Source: Anthoceros angustus
Taxonomy: Eukaryota > Plantae > Anthocerotophyta
Direction of reading: 5' to 3'
Assembly: GCA_010909165.1 (NCBI GenBank)
Contig: MU008157.1
Coordinates: 434,001 to 498,000, forward strand
Length of the DNA stretch: 64,000 bases
Below, piece by piece: positions 47,801 through 64,000 of this stretch (its first letter is position 1; each line of letters begins with the position of its first letter). The notes below the pieces were generated by a model. That model was not told the origin of the DNA and did no database searches. It was given only the letters and a program-made list of their open reading frames with translations. Position numbers and translations under genes: made by a program.

Positions 47801-48950
47801 GAAGACAACATATCTCTATGGCCGTCTTCAAGAAGAAATCTACATGAAACAGCCGAAGGTTATTAAAAGGCAAGGAAGATTGGGTATGCAGACTAATTAA
47901 AGGCTTGTATGGTCTGCAACTGGTAAAAAATATGGACATACATGTGAAACTCATCAAAGAGGCTTCCGCAAAGTGATGCCGATGCATGCATGTATATCCT
48001 AATATCGTGCAATGATACCTTTTACTTATTGCCGACGACGTATTCATGGCCACAAACTCTCTTACTCTCCTAGCCGAGATCAAAAGTCGGCTCAAGACTT
48101 TTATGAAATGTCCGATTTAGGAGAATGACATATGCACTTGGTGTCAACATTATTAGAGATCGAGCAAACAAGACTCGAGTATTGTTCAAACCAAGTACAT
48201 TAAAGAAGTTTAACCAAGTTTGGACTTGAAGATGCGAAACGCCTACACCTTTTGCTAGTGGTCGCTTACCATGGATATGAGTCCAAAGACAGACAAGATA
48301 AGTTGGAAAATGTCGCATCTATCGACATCTTTGTTGGCACACTTATATATTTATCCAACTTCACACACGGATATATCTTCAAGTCACCCCGCTCACAATT
48401 CTCGAGAACCTCGACGTGAACACCGGATGTCAACTAAGCGCATATTCGATACCTCAAGGGTACCATGCACAGGATTGACATTCAAGTATACACCGTGCAT
48501 AAAGACGTTGACATTAACGACGCCGACGCCGACTATGCCGGTGACTCGACACACGCAGATCCGTATCGTGCATGCGCTATTGGGGGAGCACCAATATCCC
48601 GGTCAAGTAAGAAACAACCAACCATAGCCTTGTCCAAAGACCGAGTCGAGTATACTAACCTCTAAAGACATAGTATGGACTAGGCTAACCTTGAGTGAAC
48701 TTCATCACAAGGTGAAAAGCCCACCTTGTTGTTGAGTGATAGTCGTGGAGCTATAGCCTTGTCAAGGAACCCATCTTCCACTCTAGAACTAAACATATTG
48801 TCGTCGAATATCATTATATCGAGAGAAAATAGAGGATAAAACTATAGATATTAGTTATGTTCAAACTTTAGATAACGCATGATTTATTAACAAAGTCACT
48901 AGGCATTGAATTGCAGAAACATATGAAATGTTTAGGTATATTGGACACAT
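44850..48950 (+). mobile_element. Degenerate Ty1/Copia internal region (gag-PR-INT-RT-RH)
   Basis: In Copia order: RMRALFRNRDLWDAVSG, zinc knuckle CNW*..HMEKDC, WY.SGATSH, DICGP, DNGGEFT, KPPKGRKIVTSKWVFKIKRKGDGSIERYKARL, MDVKTTYLYGRLQEEIYMKQP, DADYAGD. Many frameshifts; LTRs not found. Confidence 0.9.
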
Positions 48951-51900
48951 TGTCTAAGCCTCCGACTATAGTTCATCCTATACTAAATTGGTCTACTTGA
49001 GATAACCTTAAAAACTAGTCCAATATTCTATTCTAAGTCTTCTAAACATAGGCTTCACGCCCCTCTCCTTCACATAGTTGAGGAGCTCTATGGAAAATAA
49101 TAAAAATATTAATAATCTTTTAGCAAGAGAAAAATAAGTTAGAACACCTTTTTAGAATCACAAAAGGCATGTCTACCTTTTTCATTTTTCTCATTTTCTT
49201 CATTTTCCACTTCATTTTCCTTTTTCCCAAAATTTTCCATACATAAATCTGCGAAAATAGTATCAGAAAATTCATTACAATTTATATTTTTGGAACTGGA
49301 AAATGGTCACTTGAACATGCCCACAAACGGGCTTACAACTCGGTGCCTCTCCTCACGGGGGGGAGGCATCCACATCGCCCAACCTCCCTTCACATGGGGG
49401 AATACCTTGCTCACAATCGTCATCACACGAGTGCTAGACCACTTCCTACCACCAGGAAATCGTGGTGGGCTCTCAACAAAAGTTGGAATCGAGGGGTAGA
49501 GGATCACTGCTGCCTGTGAGGCGCTTTTCGGCGCGATCTCCCTGTGGGCCGGCCTCCTCTTTTTCCCGGCAGTCGGGCTCATCCTCCCGATGGGCGGGCG
49601 ACTGGTATGTGTGGCGGCGGGCGCGCCCGTGTGGCCCCTCCGACGGATGCGGCGCTTTCCGCACCGAATCCGTCTCCTGCAATGCTTTGGGGTTGAATCG
49701 AGGAGCGCGACAGAGCGGATGGGGAGCGAAGCTCGAAATGAAACCGTATGGGGGAGGGTACATTAACGGTATGACCTTCCCCCCACATGGGCATACGGAC
49801 GGGCATCATATGGCCCGGGCCGTTACCCATTTAATGGGTTTTCACTTTTTACCTCTTTCAAATTTTCCTTTAACTTTTACCTATAGTTTTTACTAAGATT
49901 AACCTAATTTGAGTTTTACTTTTATCTTTTTACCTTGTTTAGGAATTTACCATTTTCCTAATTAATTTTTTGGTAATTAATTTCGATTACATTAAATTCT
50001 GCTTAAATGTAACTTAAGCCAGTTTTTAATTATTTTCTTAGTTAGCGGATAGCTTTCGAGTTAGTGGGAGCTAACTGACCCTTTTGGGCTTATTTTGAAG
50101 CTATTTCTTCACACCTAGTTCATAGTGAGTGGGAGTGATGAAATATGACCTATTTAGGGCACTCTTCACTAGGGCACCTAAGACTATTAATTAATTTAGT
50201 TCTTAGGGCTTTAGGTAGTTTATGTAGTAGTTAGTTGTTACAACCACCTAGAGGTTAGAACTACTTATGGTTACAACCACCTTATGGTTATAACCACCTA
50301 GCCTATATAAAGGCTTTGTACTTTCTATTATAATCAATGCATACAACTCTTTTGTGCAAAGCTTTCTATTATCTGCCTGCTATGTTTTGCTACCTAGAGC
50401 AGCCATGATTCTCATCAAATAAAAAGGATTATTTCTCAAAGAAGTTTCATAGTGAATATACCTAATGAAGTAGATATATTATTACTCATGTTGTGAAAAA
50501 AGATATTTTATTGTTTATGAATTAATAATAACTATTGTACAATATTTTTAAAATATATGCTTTCCACCAATCACTCCCGACCTAAAAGTGCCACGAAGTG
50601 GCCTCTTCCATGCAGCACACTCTCTAGGTTAGCACCAAGCCTAGGTTGATTTGTTCTCCACACAAAGCCTATGTCACCTAATATATTCTCCACACAGTTA
50701 GAAATAATAGAAGATCACCTTGGTTTTGTACTAATATGGTTAGTCAGCTAGACCTAGCAGTTAGTATAGGTAGTTAGCTAGGCTAGCGAAAGGACACACC
50801 CCTTACAAGACCACCTATAAAAGCCCACATATGAACACACTTGATTCATTGTTAATATAGCATCTTTGCTTAAGACGCTTCCGCATGCAATTCTATTTTG
50901 ATTTCAGAGCCACAGGGCTCTTATTATGGTCTCCAGGTCCAATGGCTAGATTACGCATGTATCACTATTTAGGTGAGCAATGGACGCATGAAGCTCTACT
51001 TGCTCGCTTATGGATAGAAGCACTTGATACGTCGTTCTGGATAGCAGATTGAAATGACATGACCACCATTGGAAGTTACGCTATCTTTGTCGTCGCTTCC
51101 ATACAACTAAGTAGATGGGCTCACCCAAGTCTTCCACTAAATCTAGACTCACTACTCTTATGGGATTAGATTTAGTGTCCTACAATTTTTCCTTTAGAAG
51201 AAATGAAAAAAAAAAAGCATGTTTCTATTTTTATAATATTTATCTATTTGACAAAAAAAAAAGGGAGATTTGATGGGGTTCTCTACATAGGTTTATAAGC
51301 AGGGATTTGTGTTTAGGGGAAGGCATTCAGCCTTGCTCCTTTTCACACATTGCTCTTCTAAGCTCTAATTCTCCACCAATCCTAACAAGCCTCACTTCTA
51401 CACACCAATATGGCCAGAAATCGACGCAACGCTGCTCATTCTCGGCGCTTTGGTGACGATGTGGAGCGTGCTCAAGGGCGATCAATTCAACTTAGGAATT
51501 CACGGGGATTCGGATGGCAGAATGCACCATGCTACTATCAATTCTTGGGTAACAACTTCATGGATGCTTTGATCCAAGCTTTGGATAACAGAGGGTGGGC
51601 TCCCCAGCCTAATGTGGCTCTCAATCTTCGTGAATTGGGATCCAATCGATCTCCAAGTCACAACAATCGCCAACAAAGGAGATTGGAGGAAAGATGCAAG
51701 CGTTCTGGTTTTTCTGTTGATTCCCAGCCCAATTCCTCACCTTGTAGGACATCCTCAAGGTGCCATGAAGATGCAAGTACATCTCACCAGAAGGATTTGT
51801 CAGTCGGCATCAATTCCGCTGGAAATTCTGCATGGGAGGAGAGCGACGACGATTTGATCGTCAGCGAGTTTCTCCTTTCCAGGCTGCAATCATGAGAGGA

Positions 51901-52199
51901 GAGGCACCTGATCCCACCAGGCCCTGACGGTGCCCCATCTGTCAGAAGCAGAGCCACAGGAGGGGGACCTGCACCCCCGATTGCCCAGGCTCCGGCAGAC
52001 GCCATCGCCGAGGTCAAGAGAGTCGCGCGACGCGAAGGAGACGCACATGCACACGCGAGAGGCACGTCGCGCGGCCTCGCTGGTGCGCCCGCGAAACGGT
52101 GCCCAACTTAAGTTGAGCAACTGCTTGCGGGGCTAGTAGCGGGAATAATCATCCACTATCGTCATAAAATGGCGCGCTCCGCCTAAAGAAGTAACAGGG

Positions 52200-53957
52200 A
52201 GAGGTCCACACAAGTCTACATGAACGAACTCCAAAGGCTGAGAAGCCCTAAGAGCAGGAAGACCAGAGTAGGGAGAGCTCCGGCTTGGCAGCACACGCCT
52301 TCAGAGGTGGTGTCTTGGCCAAGGAGGGCAGCTTATCTCGATACAAGTCCTGCTGAGTCATGGCAAGGAGCTTGGCAGGATTGAGGTGCCCAAGTTGACA
52401 GTGCCAAAGTAGAGCATTAATATTCTTAGATGAAGGGAGCCCAGGTGGTGAGGCAACCTTAGAAGATGCCACCACTGAAGCAATTGTAGTGTACACAGGG
52501 GTGCCAGTGAAGATGTAGAGATCACTTCGGGGCTGCCCTCCTGCTACAACTCGCCCTGGCTGAGAGGAACGATAGAGGAAGCACTCCTTACGTCCAAACT
52601 CCAGCCGAAAAGCTCCATCAAGCAGAAGTTGGCGAACGGAAATCAAATTCTTAGCCATCTGCGGGACGTGGAGCACATTATTTAACACAAGGGAGGAATC
52701 ATCCTCCAGTGTGAATGTCACAGAACCAACTCTAGCAATGCCAAGGCTAGAGTCATCGCCCAACAGCACAAAACGTTGAGTATCAGTTGTCGCCGTGTAG
52801 GAAGTAAACATGTGCTTGGAGCTGCAGATATGGGCAGTGGTTGCGGAGTCCAGCAACCAGGAGGTCCTGAACTCTGAAGCTACCAAGCACACGGTTAAAT
52901 CAATCTCAGACTTGGACTGGTTCTTGGCCTTGGAGACGACAGCTGTATTAGCAGTCTTGATCTCACGCTTGGCCTCACCGGCCTGCTTCTTCCTGCACTC
53001 TCGCTCCCAGTGGCTGGGTGACTAACACCAATTGCACATCCCTTGACGTTTTGCAGGCTTGGAAGAGGAAGGGGCAGAAGGAGCAGCCTTTGATGTGCCG
53101 GAGTTGTTGTTTCTCCGAGGGTTGTTCCCTCTCTTCTGTTGTTGATTTTGTGACCATCCAGGAGTCACAAAATTACTCTCCACCGTGTTAGGATGTGCCG
53201 GAATTGTAGCGGGATGCCTCCTCCTGAAGGAGCGCGCTAGCAAGCTTGGACACTGATAGAATTGAGTGAATTTAGATAGGCCGAAAACCAGCATTTGCAT
53301 GGCTTGACGATCCAACTTGAGCCACGCATCAACCGCCGACTGAGGTGCGGTAGGCTTCGGGAAAACATCCTCCACCAGTGGGAGAAGATCACGCGTGTTG
53401 AGAGCCGTCTTCATCCGTCGAGACCAAATCTCATATTTGGTCCCGTTGAACTTATCTCTCTCTTTGAAGTCCATAGAGACGTTCACAACATTAATTACAG
53501 GAGCCAGAGATGGCGGAGGTGGTGGTGGGGTGCCTCCTGACATGGCCAAATCCTTGGCTCCACAAACACCAGCCACCTACAATGCATCAGCCGGATCCAG
53601 TGCTCCAGAATTGTTTTTCAAAACACCTGCCCCCTCAAAGCTCGACTCAATTCGTCGAACAGTCTCAGCAACATTCACTAAGTTAGTGCTAATGTGTGTG
53701 ATGGACTGCCAGAGAGATTGATAGTGTTGTGAGCGATGCTCTTGTGTAGAAGCTTGGGATTGAGCCTCGTTGTCCTTGAACTCCTTGTAGCCAGCTTCAA
53801 GAGTCTCGAACGCAGGAGAGCTTAAGGTTCTAGGTTCCTCCTTTACAGTAGCATAGGCAGGTTTCGATGAACTAGCATTGAAGTCATGTATCGGAGGCAA
53901 ACATCTCATGGACATAAACCTTGAGCTTGATGAGGATCTCCACCACAATCGCCACAA
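52200..53957 (-). mobile_element. Ty1/Copia gag-protease-GAG-pre-integrase remnant
   Basis: KFNGTKYEIWSRRMKTALNTRDLLPLVE, CNWC*SPSHWEREC (CCHC), WLLDSATTAHIC, LNNVLHVPQMAKNLISV and LWHCQLGHLN. Gag carries an internal deletion. Confidence 0.88.
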
Positions 53958-53989
53958 AAATACGTGTATGTAGGAAAATCTGCTGGAGG

Positions 53990-54520
53990 AATGCCCGAAA
54001 AATAGTTCATAGGGGCGAAATTAAAACTACAACTAGGAGCCCCGGAATGGAGAGTGTACCTTATCGTATGGCAGTTGGTACCCTCATGTTTCTGAGCAAT
54101 TGGACAAGACCAGACATATCTAATACCGTTAATGCAGTTGCCCAATTCTCTGAGAACCCGGGAAGGGATCACTGGGTTGCACTTAAAAGAATTATGCGGT
54201 ATCCTAACTATGATCTCTGCTACAAGCCTAGTGGCAAAAGAAGTCTACAATTGACTTGCTATGTAGATGCAGATTGGGCTTCCGATGCAGACATCCGAAA
54301 GAGTCTATCGGCATATTGCTTCCTCGTCGGCTTCATAGTTGTAAATTGGTCTTGTTGGAAACAAGCCTCTAATCTTTATCTTCCACGGAATCGGAGTATA
54401 AAGCACTCACAGAAGCCACAAAGGAGGCTGAGTGGGAAAGGAAGTTATGCGAAGACTTGGGTATGCAACAAGCAGGACTTACGCTTATTAAATGTGATAA
54501 TATGTCAGCCATCGCTTTGA
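53990..54520 (+). mobile_element. Ty1/Copia RT C-terminus/RNase H fragment
   Basis: SVPYRMAVGTLMFLSNWTRPDISNTV..QFSENPGRDHWVALKRIMRY, CYVDADWASD..RKSLS and ESEYKALTEATKEA...CDNMSAIAL. Confidence 0.88.
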
Positions 54521-55407
54521 TTTCTAACCCTAACATAGTAATATTCATTCCGGCGAAATAAACAACGTCGGTTCTGAGAAAGTTGCCGCCGCTTGGTAGT
54601 TTTTGTCCAGTTACTAATTCATATTAAACACGGCACTTCAAAAGCACTCGCTCCTGCGCTTAGCAATCCATCAGAGTGGGATGTAACTTTTGTGTCCAAA
54701 TCGTTTGAAATGATGGTGACAAGGCGCAGGAATGCTGGCGCCCAAGCGGAAATCCTTTATTCTAATTAGGCTATCTCCATAAGAGCATAGGGTGCTAGCA
54801 TATTGGAGCCGTCATTAGTATAACCCTAACCCTAGGGTTTAGGGTCTCAACCTTGTTTTGACGAACGTGCGGGTTAGGGCGCACTTCTGTAGGTCGAGGG
54901 TTACATACTGTTGTGACGAACTTTGTGTTGTGCAAAGGGCGCCGGCATGTCGGCGCCCTTCGTCTTCTAAATTCTTTCACGAGTAACACATTATGCACCC
55001 ATGTACATTATGACTTACATACATTTAGCCATGTGTCGCTTGCTTGCGCAAGAGAATGAGAAAGAACACACCACCTTTGACACTTCCGATGACGATGCAG
55101 CCTTGGTTGCACACAAAGATGGTGTCCAACATACAAAACACCTAATCATTTGCTATGATCTCCGTAGAAAGATAGTCGCGGCCTGCAATGAGCTCGAGAA
55201 TAGGGAAGAAACTTGGCCGTGTCATGTCTTTCTTCACCGTTCCGATTCCAGTACAATTTGCGATCATGAATATTAGGGCATGGGTAATTTCAAACAACGT
55301 GCTTAGAAAACCGTTGAAATTTGAAAATAATTTCCATGATTTTGAGTCCAAGATTACAAATTATTAGAATAAGGGGATTTGAAACCGAACCAATTATTAA
55401 TCACTTT

Positions 55408-55518
55408 TACAACACAAACTATGCTGGCCAAAATATACAACACAAACTATGCTGCCCAAAATATACAACACAAACTATGCTGGCCAAAATATACAACACA
55501 AACTATGCTGGCCAAAAT
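55408..55518. repeat. 28-bp tandem repeat x4
   Basis: Unit TACAACACAAACTATGCTGGCCAAAATA, period 28. Confidence 0.92.
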
Positions 55519-56374
55519 GCTGAGGGACTGGAACGATCACGGGCCTGTGAAGTACATATAAAACTGCACGCAAAGTCACAGGAGATTGCTTCCACGAGCA
55601 AGTCGTTGTGTGAGTGGACACAGACAGAATGCAGAAGCATTAGAAAGCACACTAGTGAAGCCAATTCGGTAAAGCCGCGTTTTCGAATGGCTTGGAAATT
55701 ACCAAAGGATGTGCCTCTTATAAAATTGAAGGTGGAAAACAAAAATCTAAGGTTGGCAGCTCAGCACTTCCAGGTTGCCACTGCTAGGTATAGACCACCA
55801 AGTCAGCAACTGTGTGGAGAGTAAGGCTTCCATCCCTTGCATCAACTTAAGCTTTTTGTACTCAACCTTGACTGCAAGCCTGATAAACCCCCATATGGTC
55901 GACGACTTGAAGATGCTTTCCTATGAGTCAGATAATGTTCGGAATTGAGCGATTAGGCCGAGTAGGTGGTGACCTTGGACTGTAGAGTCCTAACCCGAGG
56001 TCATTAGAGGACTCTGACCCCAGATCCAACTCCAGGCACGAAACAAACTCCTTTGGGTACAGGCTAGACGCTAGAAGATACGAGCCTGCCTCAAGGCAAT
56101 GCGAGCGTGCCTGCCTCAAGGCGATGCGAACTTGATTCCTGCCGATACGAACTTGAATCTCGGTAGTAAGAATTGCATATTGGGCCATGAGGATCATACG
56201 ATCCTGAACACTCATGGCCGACTCGTTGCTCTTCCCGTCAGGTGGACAGTGATAAGCCATTGCACCTTTGCCGGTAGCACAATCTGGCCTACACTCCTCC
56301 TCTGCTACGTACATCATCCTATCTGTCGTCAAGGGGCCCATTGGCCGATGCGCCGGCCATCAGGTAAGATCGTC

Positions 56375-56457
56375 TTGTCTTAGGCCAAATGGACACACAT
56401 TTATAAGAACGTCATTATTAAGCATCCTGAGCTTAGATCGGTACTTAGATGGGGTGA
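56375..56457 (+). mobile_element. SINE-like repeat, copy 3 (5' part, interrupted by element R)
   Basis: TTAGGCCAAATGGACACACATTTATAAGAA...GCTTAGATCGGTACTTAGATGGGGTG matches 11370-11430 and 4978-5040. Confidence 0.7.
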
Positions 56458-57602
56458 TGTGGACTACGGACTTCCCTTGGGGGTTAGGAAATAAGTAGGG
56501 TTTTGTTTTTTTGTAGGAGCGAAGGATAAAATAAGGCGGAAAAGGGGCGAATAAGCACGGATAGCACTCCGGACTGCACTCCGGAGTATACTCCGGACTC
56601 GGAGTGAAACGTGCCGGACCTACTATGGCGGGCCGGGGCAGGGACCCACCTCAGTCCAGGTGGATAAATCGCCAGGAAAGTAAGTTAGAAGTTGAGCCGT
56701 GAGGACGGACTAGGCGGCGCCACGTGACGGTGGAGTGGAGGACGGGCATGCACCGGGGCTGGCTGCTGCGAGGGGCGTTATAGCGGTATTCACGCGCGGC
56801 TAGCGGCGGCGTAAACGGCGTAAGGCGAGGAAGCGAGGCGTAAGGTGAAATAAGCCATGCGAGACCTCGCGATTACAGACGGAAGAGGCGCCTTCCGATT
56901 CTCGAAGGCGCCGAAGGAGAAGGTCATTTCGCTGCGACCAGAGACAATTCGCGATCTCTTGTGCTCCATGATCGGCTCTCGCGCTACCTCGTTGGACGCT
57001 CATACATCTTTGCGCGCGGCTCACCGTTGAGGTTGGAGCAGCGAACGCGGCGAAGAAGGAGCAACGTGCCGCCTCCTGCGCCTACGAACAAAGGAGGAGA
57101 AGGCGATGGCACCCAAAAAGCCTGCGGAAGTTTGGGAGCCATGGAACCTCGTGGAGCGCAACATTATGACTCGGCGCTATCCGGACTTTGGACCCTGGCT
57201 GGAGGAAGCGGGAGAATTGGTGCAGGAGTGGCACTTGGATGCGTTCCATGATCTGGACGTTCGACAGTGTCACCCTGGTCCGGGAGTTCGCCCGGAAGAT
57301 GCTGGCGGCGGTCAACAAGGAGGTGCGATCCAAGAACCTCCGGGAGGACCCGAGGCGATGGACCTTAGAGGTCCTGAGGGCGGCCTATAACCGCCCAAAG
57401 GAGGAAGAAGGAGGAGTGGTACCAGAGCCTCTCAAGGCGAAGGGGAAGATAGGGCCGACAGCAGTGGCCGATCAGGCACAGGGGCCTTGACGCAGAGGAC
57501 CACCAACGGATGGCTGATATCCGACCTGCTGGACAGTCGAGTAAGGGCGGTAGCCCGGATCATTGTCCATTGGAACGTGCTCACCAAGGTGGATCACCAA
57601 GA
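56458..57602. mobile_element. Dispersed, truncated copy of element R
   Basis: Begins TGTGGACTACGGACTTCCC exactly as at 25578 and 29334, carries the MAPKKPAEVWEPWNLVERN ORF, and stops at the CACCAAGGTGGATCACC palindrome. Confidence 0.85.
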
Positions 57603-58358
57603 TTTTTTTTTAAGGGGTGAATGCTATGCATCTCAAACGAAGATACATGAGGTATTTTTTAGTCAAAATCCACTCATAGCATGCTAGATAGCTTGACACC
57701 ATGCCATGCTTATTATATGGATAGGAGTTGGTTTGTATTCAACCATAAAGTTTATCCACATGTGGCCTAACTCTGACCTAGGTTAGACCATGTGCGTTTT
57801 AGAAATTGGTTTTCAACTAAAGGTGAGGTCTCCTCTCAAAGTTGCTCAAGACAACGTTGTTGTGAAAAACTAGAACATGTTCCAATATATTTAGATTTAA
57901 TCCACTTAAACATCACTAGCTTTAAGTTAAACGCTAAGCTACTATACAAAGAAGGAGTTACTGAATAAAAAGTGCCGAACCTTTACTAGTCCTCATGAGA
58001 GACCCTTTCAAGTGCAGCCATCTGCATGTTTCCGTTGTGCGGTTGGTTTAGGGTTTCCAAACTCTAAGGATACCAGCGTCCCCATGTACATACGGTTTGG
58101 TTTTGTGAAATTGAAATGTGGGCCCGTTTTGGTTTTGTGAAATTGAAATGTGGGCCCGTTTTGGTTTTCGGGAGGCTTAAATTGTTGTTGGCGCGCTCGC
58201 TAGCCAGTACCATGGAAAGGCATTTTGTCGCTCATTTCTTGAAAATTATCACTCATGGGTATGTGCACATGGAGAGGCATTTTGTCTCTCATTTCTTGAA
58301 ACTAATCACTTGCCTTTTGAACGGAAATGAATTTCTTTGTCACGCTGCATATTACTGC

Positions 58359-58430
58359 AAGTAGGGTCTCCAAGCATATCACTCTAAGTAGGGTCTCCAC
58401 GCATTTCACTCCAAGTAGGGTCTCCACGCA
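58359..58430. repeat. 27-bp tandem repeat x3 (also a 32-bp x2 repeat at ~58097-58165)
   Basis: AAGTAGGGTCTCC recurs at 58359, 58386 and 58413. Confidence 0.85.
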
Positions 58431-58936
58431 GCAATTATTGAAAAGAGTTGACACACGATCAACGCCAAACTCTCTGCCTTCGCATAATTTCCTCTTATAG
58501 TCAAAGATCCAAGTGAGCGCCCTCACTCACTCATCGTCAATTGCACAATGCCGCTCCGATACCATAATGATTTTGTGATACCATCATTAGGCTATGGCGA
58601 TGAACAGGACATACCAAATATTCCAGAAGCCAATAATTTGTATTAAGTGCATAAGTAGCATGAGGAACAAAAGTGTTTAAGTAGAGGTCTAGAGAGATAA
58701 TTATCATAACTAATTGATAAAAAATAATTATAATTGAATAACTTGAGGATTAATCCATTCACCCTCATTTACTATCCGCCGCGTTGGAAATAATAGACCC
58801 CAATTCACAAATTTCATAAGACCCTTTCTTTGTGTGTAATTTGTATCATCTTTCGATTCCAACTTGCTCTTGTCCCTCTTGCTTACCTCTTGCACGATCT
58901 TCACACATGCGATCCTAGGCTACCAACTTCTTTAGC

Positions 58937-59163
58937 AGCAAGCAAGAGGGCAAACCAAGAAGACAAGGCTCCCCAAAACAGTGTCTTTTATGGCATTGTT
59001 GTTAAGTCCAAAGCAAGCAAGAGGGCAAACCAAGAAGACAAGGCTCCCCAAAACAGTGTCTTTTATGGCATTGTTGTTAAGTCCAAAGCAAGCAAGAGAG
59101 CAAACCAAGAAGACAAGGCTCCCCAAAACAGTGTCTTTTATGGCATTGTTGTTAAGTCCAAAG
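58937..59163. repeat. 75-bp tandem repeat x3
   Basis: Unit AGCAAGCAAGAGGGCAAACCAAGAAGACAAGGCTCCCCAAAACAGTGTCTTTTATGGCATTGTTGTTAAGTCCAA; nearly identical copies. Confidence 0.95.
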
Positions 59164-60869
59164 CATCGTCGTAGATTCAGTGTCCTTGTGAATGACCATG
59201 TTGTAAATCATGCGCTTGCGTTGCAAAACCCAATTTGTTTTAATTTGTGTATTTTAGCATTGTTAAAGTGTCAGTTGTAAAACACCATGTCCCGTTGTAA
59301 AACACGCTCCATTGTAAATGACTTCATTGTCTCATTGTAACTTCTCACCGCGTAGGAAAAGACCCTTGCACCATTGCAAAATCCCCATCGCAAATCAATG
59401 CCTGTTGTAAACCTCAAGAGCCAGCATAGTAAATGACCATTGGGTGTGCCACATCATCACAATAACCCATGGTAAAATCCACTATGTTGTAAAACCCCTA
59501 AACTCATGTTGTAAAGTCATGAGAGCATACTTGAAAATAATACATAGACCCAAAACTCTTGTAGTAAAATGAAATGACGCCAAAATCTCCAAAAGAGCCA
59601 TTAGAAAAGACTTGTTTCCTAGTAGCAACGGCATTTCTGACCTGTGTTTCTCTAACCTTTGGTACCAGCTGTCGCTTGGTGCATAACTTGTTTTGCTTGA
59701 ATGCACAACATATGTAGATATATGCAAGTTGTCTCTACCTTTCTCCTACACTCGTGGTTAGCACAAAACGGCTTGAATTTCAATAAAACAAACTGCCCAC
59801 TTGCAATCCTTCAACCAGGAGACGAGTGAGAGACTTGTACCTTGAACTAACTAAGTCCTTAAGCAAAGTGTGGGCCATCAGCTAGTGCCAAGTCCTCAAG
59901 CAAATGAGTGTCCAATTGAATGGCAACTGTGTACCTGACGACTTTTCTTACAACTGTGCTATTTAGAATTGATATTGGGTATAGGTACGTAAATCCTTCA
60001 GGTCATTGGCAAAAGAAGAACTCTCTAAAGATTCAGATTCAGGGTGTTGTTGTGCTGAATTCGTATCATTAGTTTCAATGAATGAAGGAATAGCCATAGC
60101 AATCTCAGCACACCGATTACACTGAATTGGTGTTATTAGTTTCAGTAAATGAAGGAACAGCCGTAGCAATCTTAGCACACCGATTACACTGCTACCATTC
60201 AATGTGTGCCTGGTTTTGGCGCAACCTAAACCCCCACCAGCGACGTTTTGCACTTGCGCCCACTATAAGTGGTAAGAACACGAGCTGAATTCATTTCCTT
60301 GTCTCCATTCAAATGTCTGGTCACCCGGGAATCGGCGCGCACAAAGCTTATGATCGGCCCGGGAAGGTATGGCATTTAAATATGATTTACGAAGCAGCAA
60401 AATTGTTAGTGGAACCAGCAAAACTGAAGCGTGAATAAATGAACACCGCACGGTTTTAGAACCGCACGGTTCTGAAACCCGCTTGTTTGCGGCAATGCAT
60501 TCACATGCGGGCGAGTCCTCATCGGACATGCATGGAGATGTGGCAATGACCGTATACGGACCGCATACGGGCTGTACGGGAGTGAGGCCCGACAGAGGTT
60601 GCCCGGATGGGATGGTGGGGCCAATCTTTGAAGAATTCCTTGCATCTCTGCTACCGGGGCTGATCGCTGATCGGTGCACTCACTTTTGGGTGAATTCACA
60701 AGTTCATGGCTTAAAGTGCGCTTGAAGTTTCGGAGAAGTTTCCACTTCACGCTTGGCGGCTTGGCTGAAACTGAAACGTCTCTAGGTTCGATCGACACGT
60801 TGGTGGAGGCAGGTCGAGGCTGATACGAAAGCAGCGTGTGAAATCGAATGCGGCTCAGCAGATTGATGA

Positions 60870-64000
<3,131 letters not shown>

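Noticed and set aside
50200-50400. Possible LTR U3 (TTACAACCACC repeats, CCTATATAAAGG)
   Set aside because: No second copy or TG..CA boundaries could be identified.
51410-51895. 161-aa ORF, possibly gag-like
   Set aside because: No diagnostic motif; cannot be supported without a search.
54820-54848. Inverted telomere-like repeats (AACCCTAACCCTAGGGTTTAGGG)
   Set aside because: Only ~2 units per side; consistent with common telo-box or chance motifs rather than a fusion scar.
55001-56341. ORFs of 91-167 aa around the 28-bp repeat
   Set aside because: No recognisable domain; probably TE debris.
59980-60190. ~68-bp imperfect duplication upstream of PEX1 as a regulatory element
   Set aside because: A simple local duplication with no motif I can assign.

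Overview
Eukaryotic nuclear DNA from a land plant. Short GT-AG introns, tight gene spacing and GC-rich coding sequence suggest a non-seed plant such as a hornwort/bryophyte; this is inference only. The window has three zones. (1) 1-23.7 kb is a gene island. It holds a 5'-truncated CYP85-clan P450 remnant, an 11-exon PDI (a-a-ERp29c type) head-to-head with a BPA1-like RRM gene, an AT-rich intronless BTB/POZ gene, a domesticated Harbinger/ALP1-like nuclease convergent with an AXY9 ortholog, and an LMBR1-domain gene. Minisatellites, a SINE-like repeat family, a LINE remnant and a MITE lie between these genes. (2) 23.7-58 kb is a nested, heavily rearranged transposon cluster. It holds a ~3.5 kb MULE (SWIM-type transposase) split by an element with TGTGG...CCACA ends and a 5-bp TSD, RLE-type LINE fragments, a tandemly duplicated PBS-Met LTR element and several Copia remnants. 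(3) From 60.9 kb to the window end is an uninterrupted PEX1 ORF. The most unusual signal is two independent ~1 kb insertions (27.0-28.0 kb and 39.35-40.38 kb) that are circular permutations of their source sequence, joined at 9-10 bp microhomologies; for one, the empty site is visible in a paralogous copy. This is what re-integration of circular DNA would leave. However, the repeat zone is full of small indels typical of unpolished long-read consensus, so assembly artefact is not excluded. Homolog names come from my recollection of family motifs, not from database searches. No tRNA, rRNA or CRISPR array was found.
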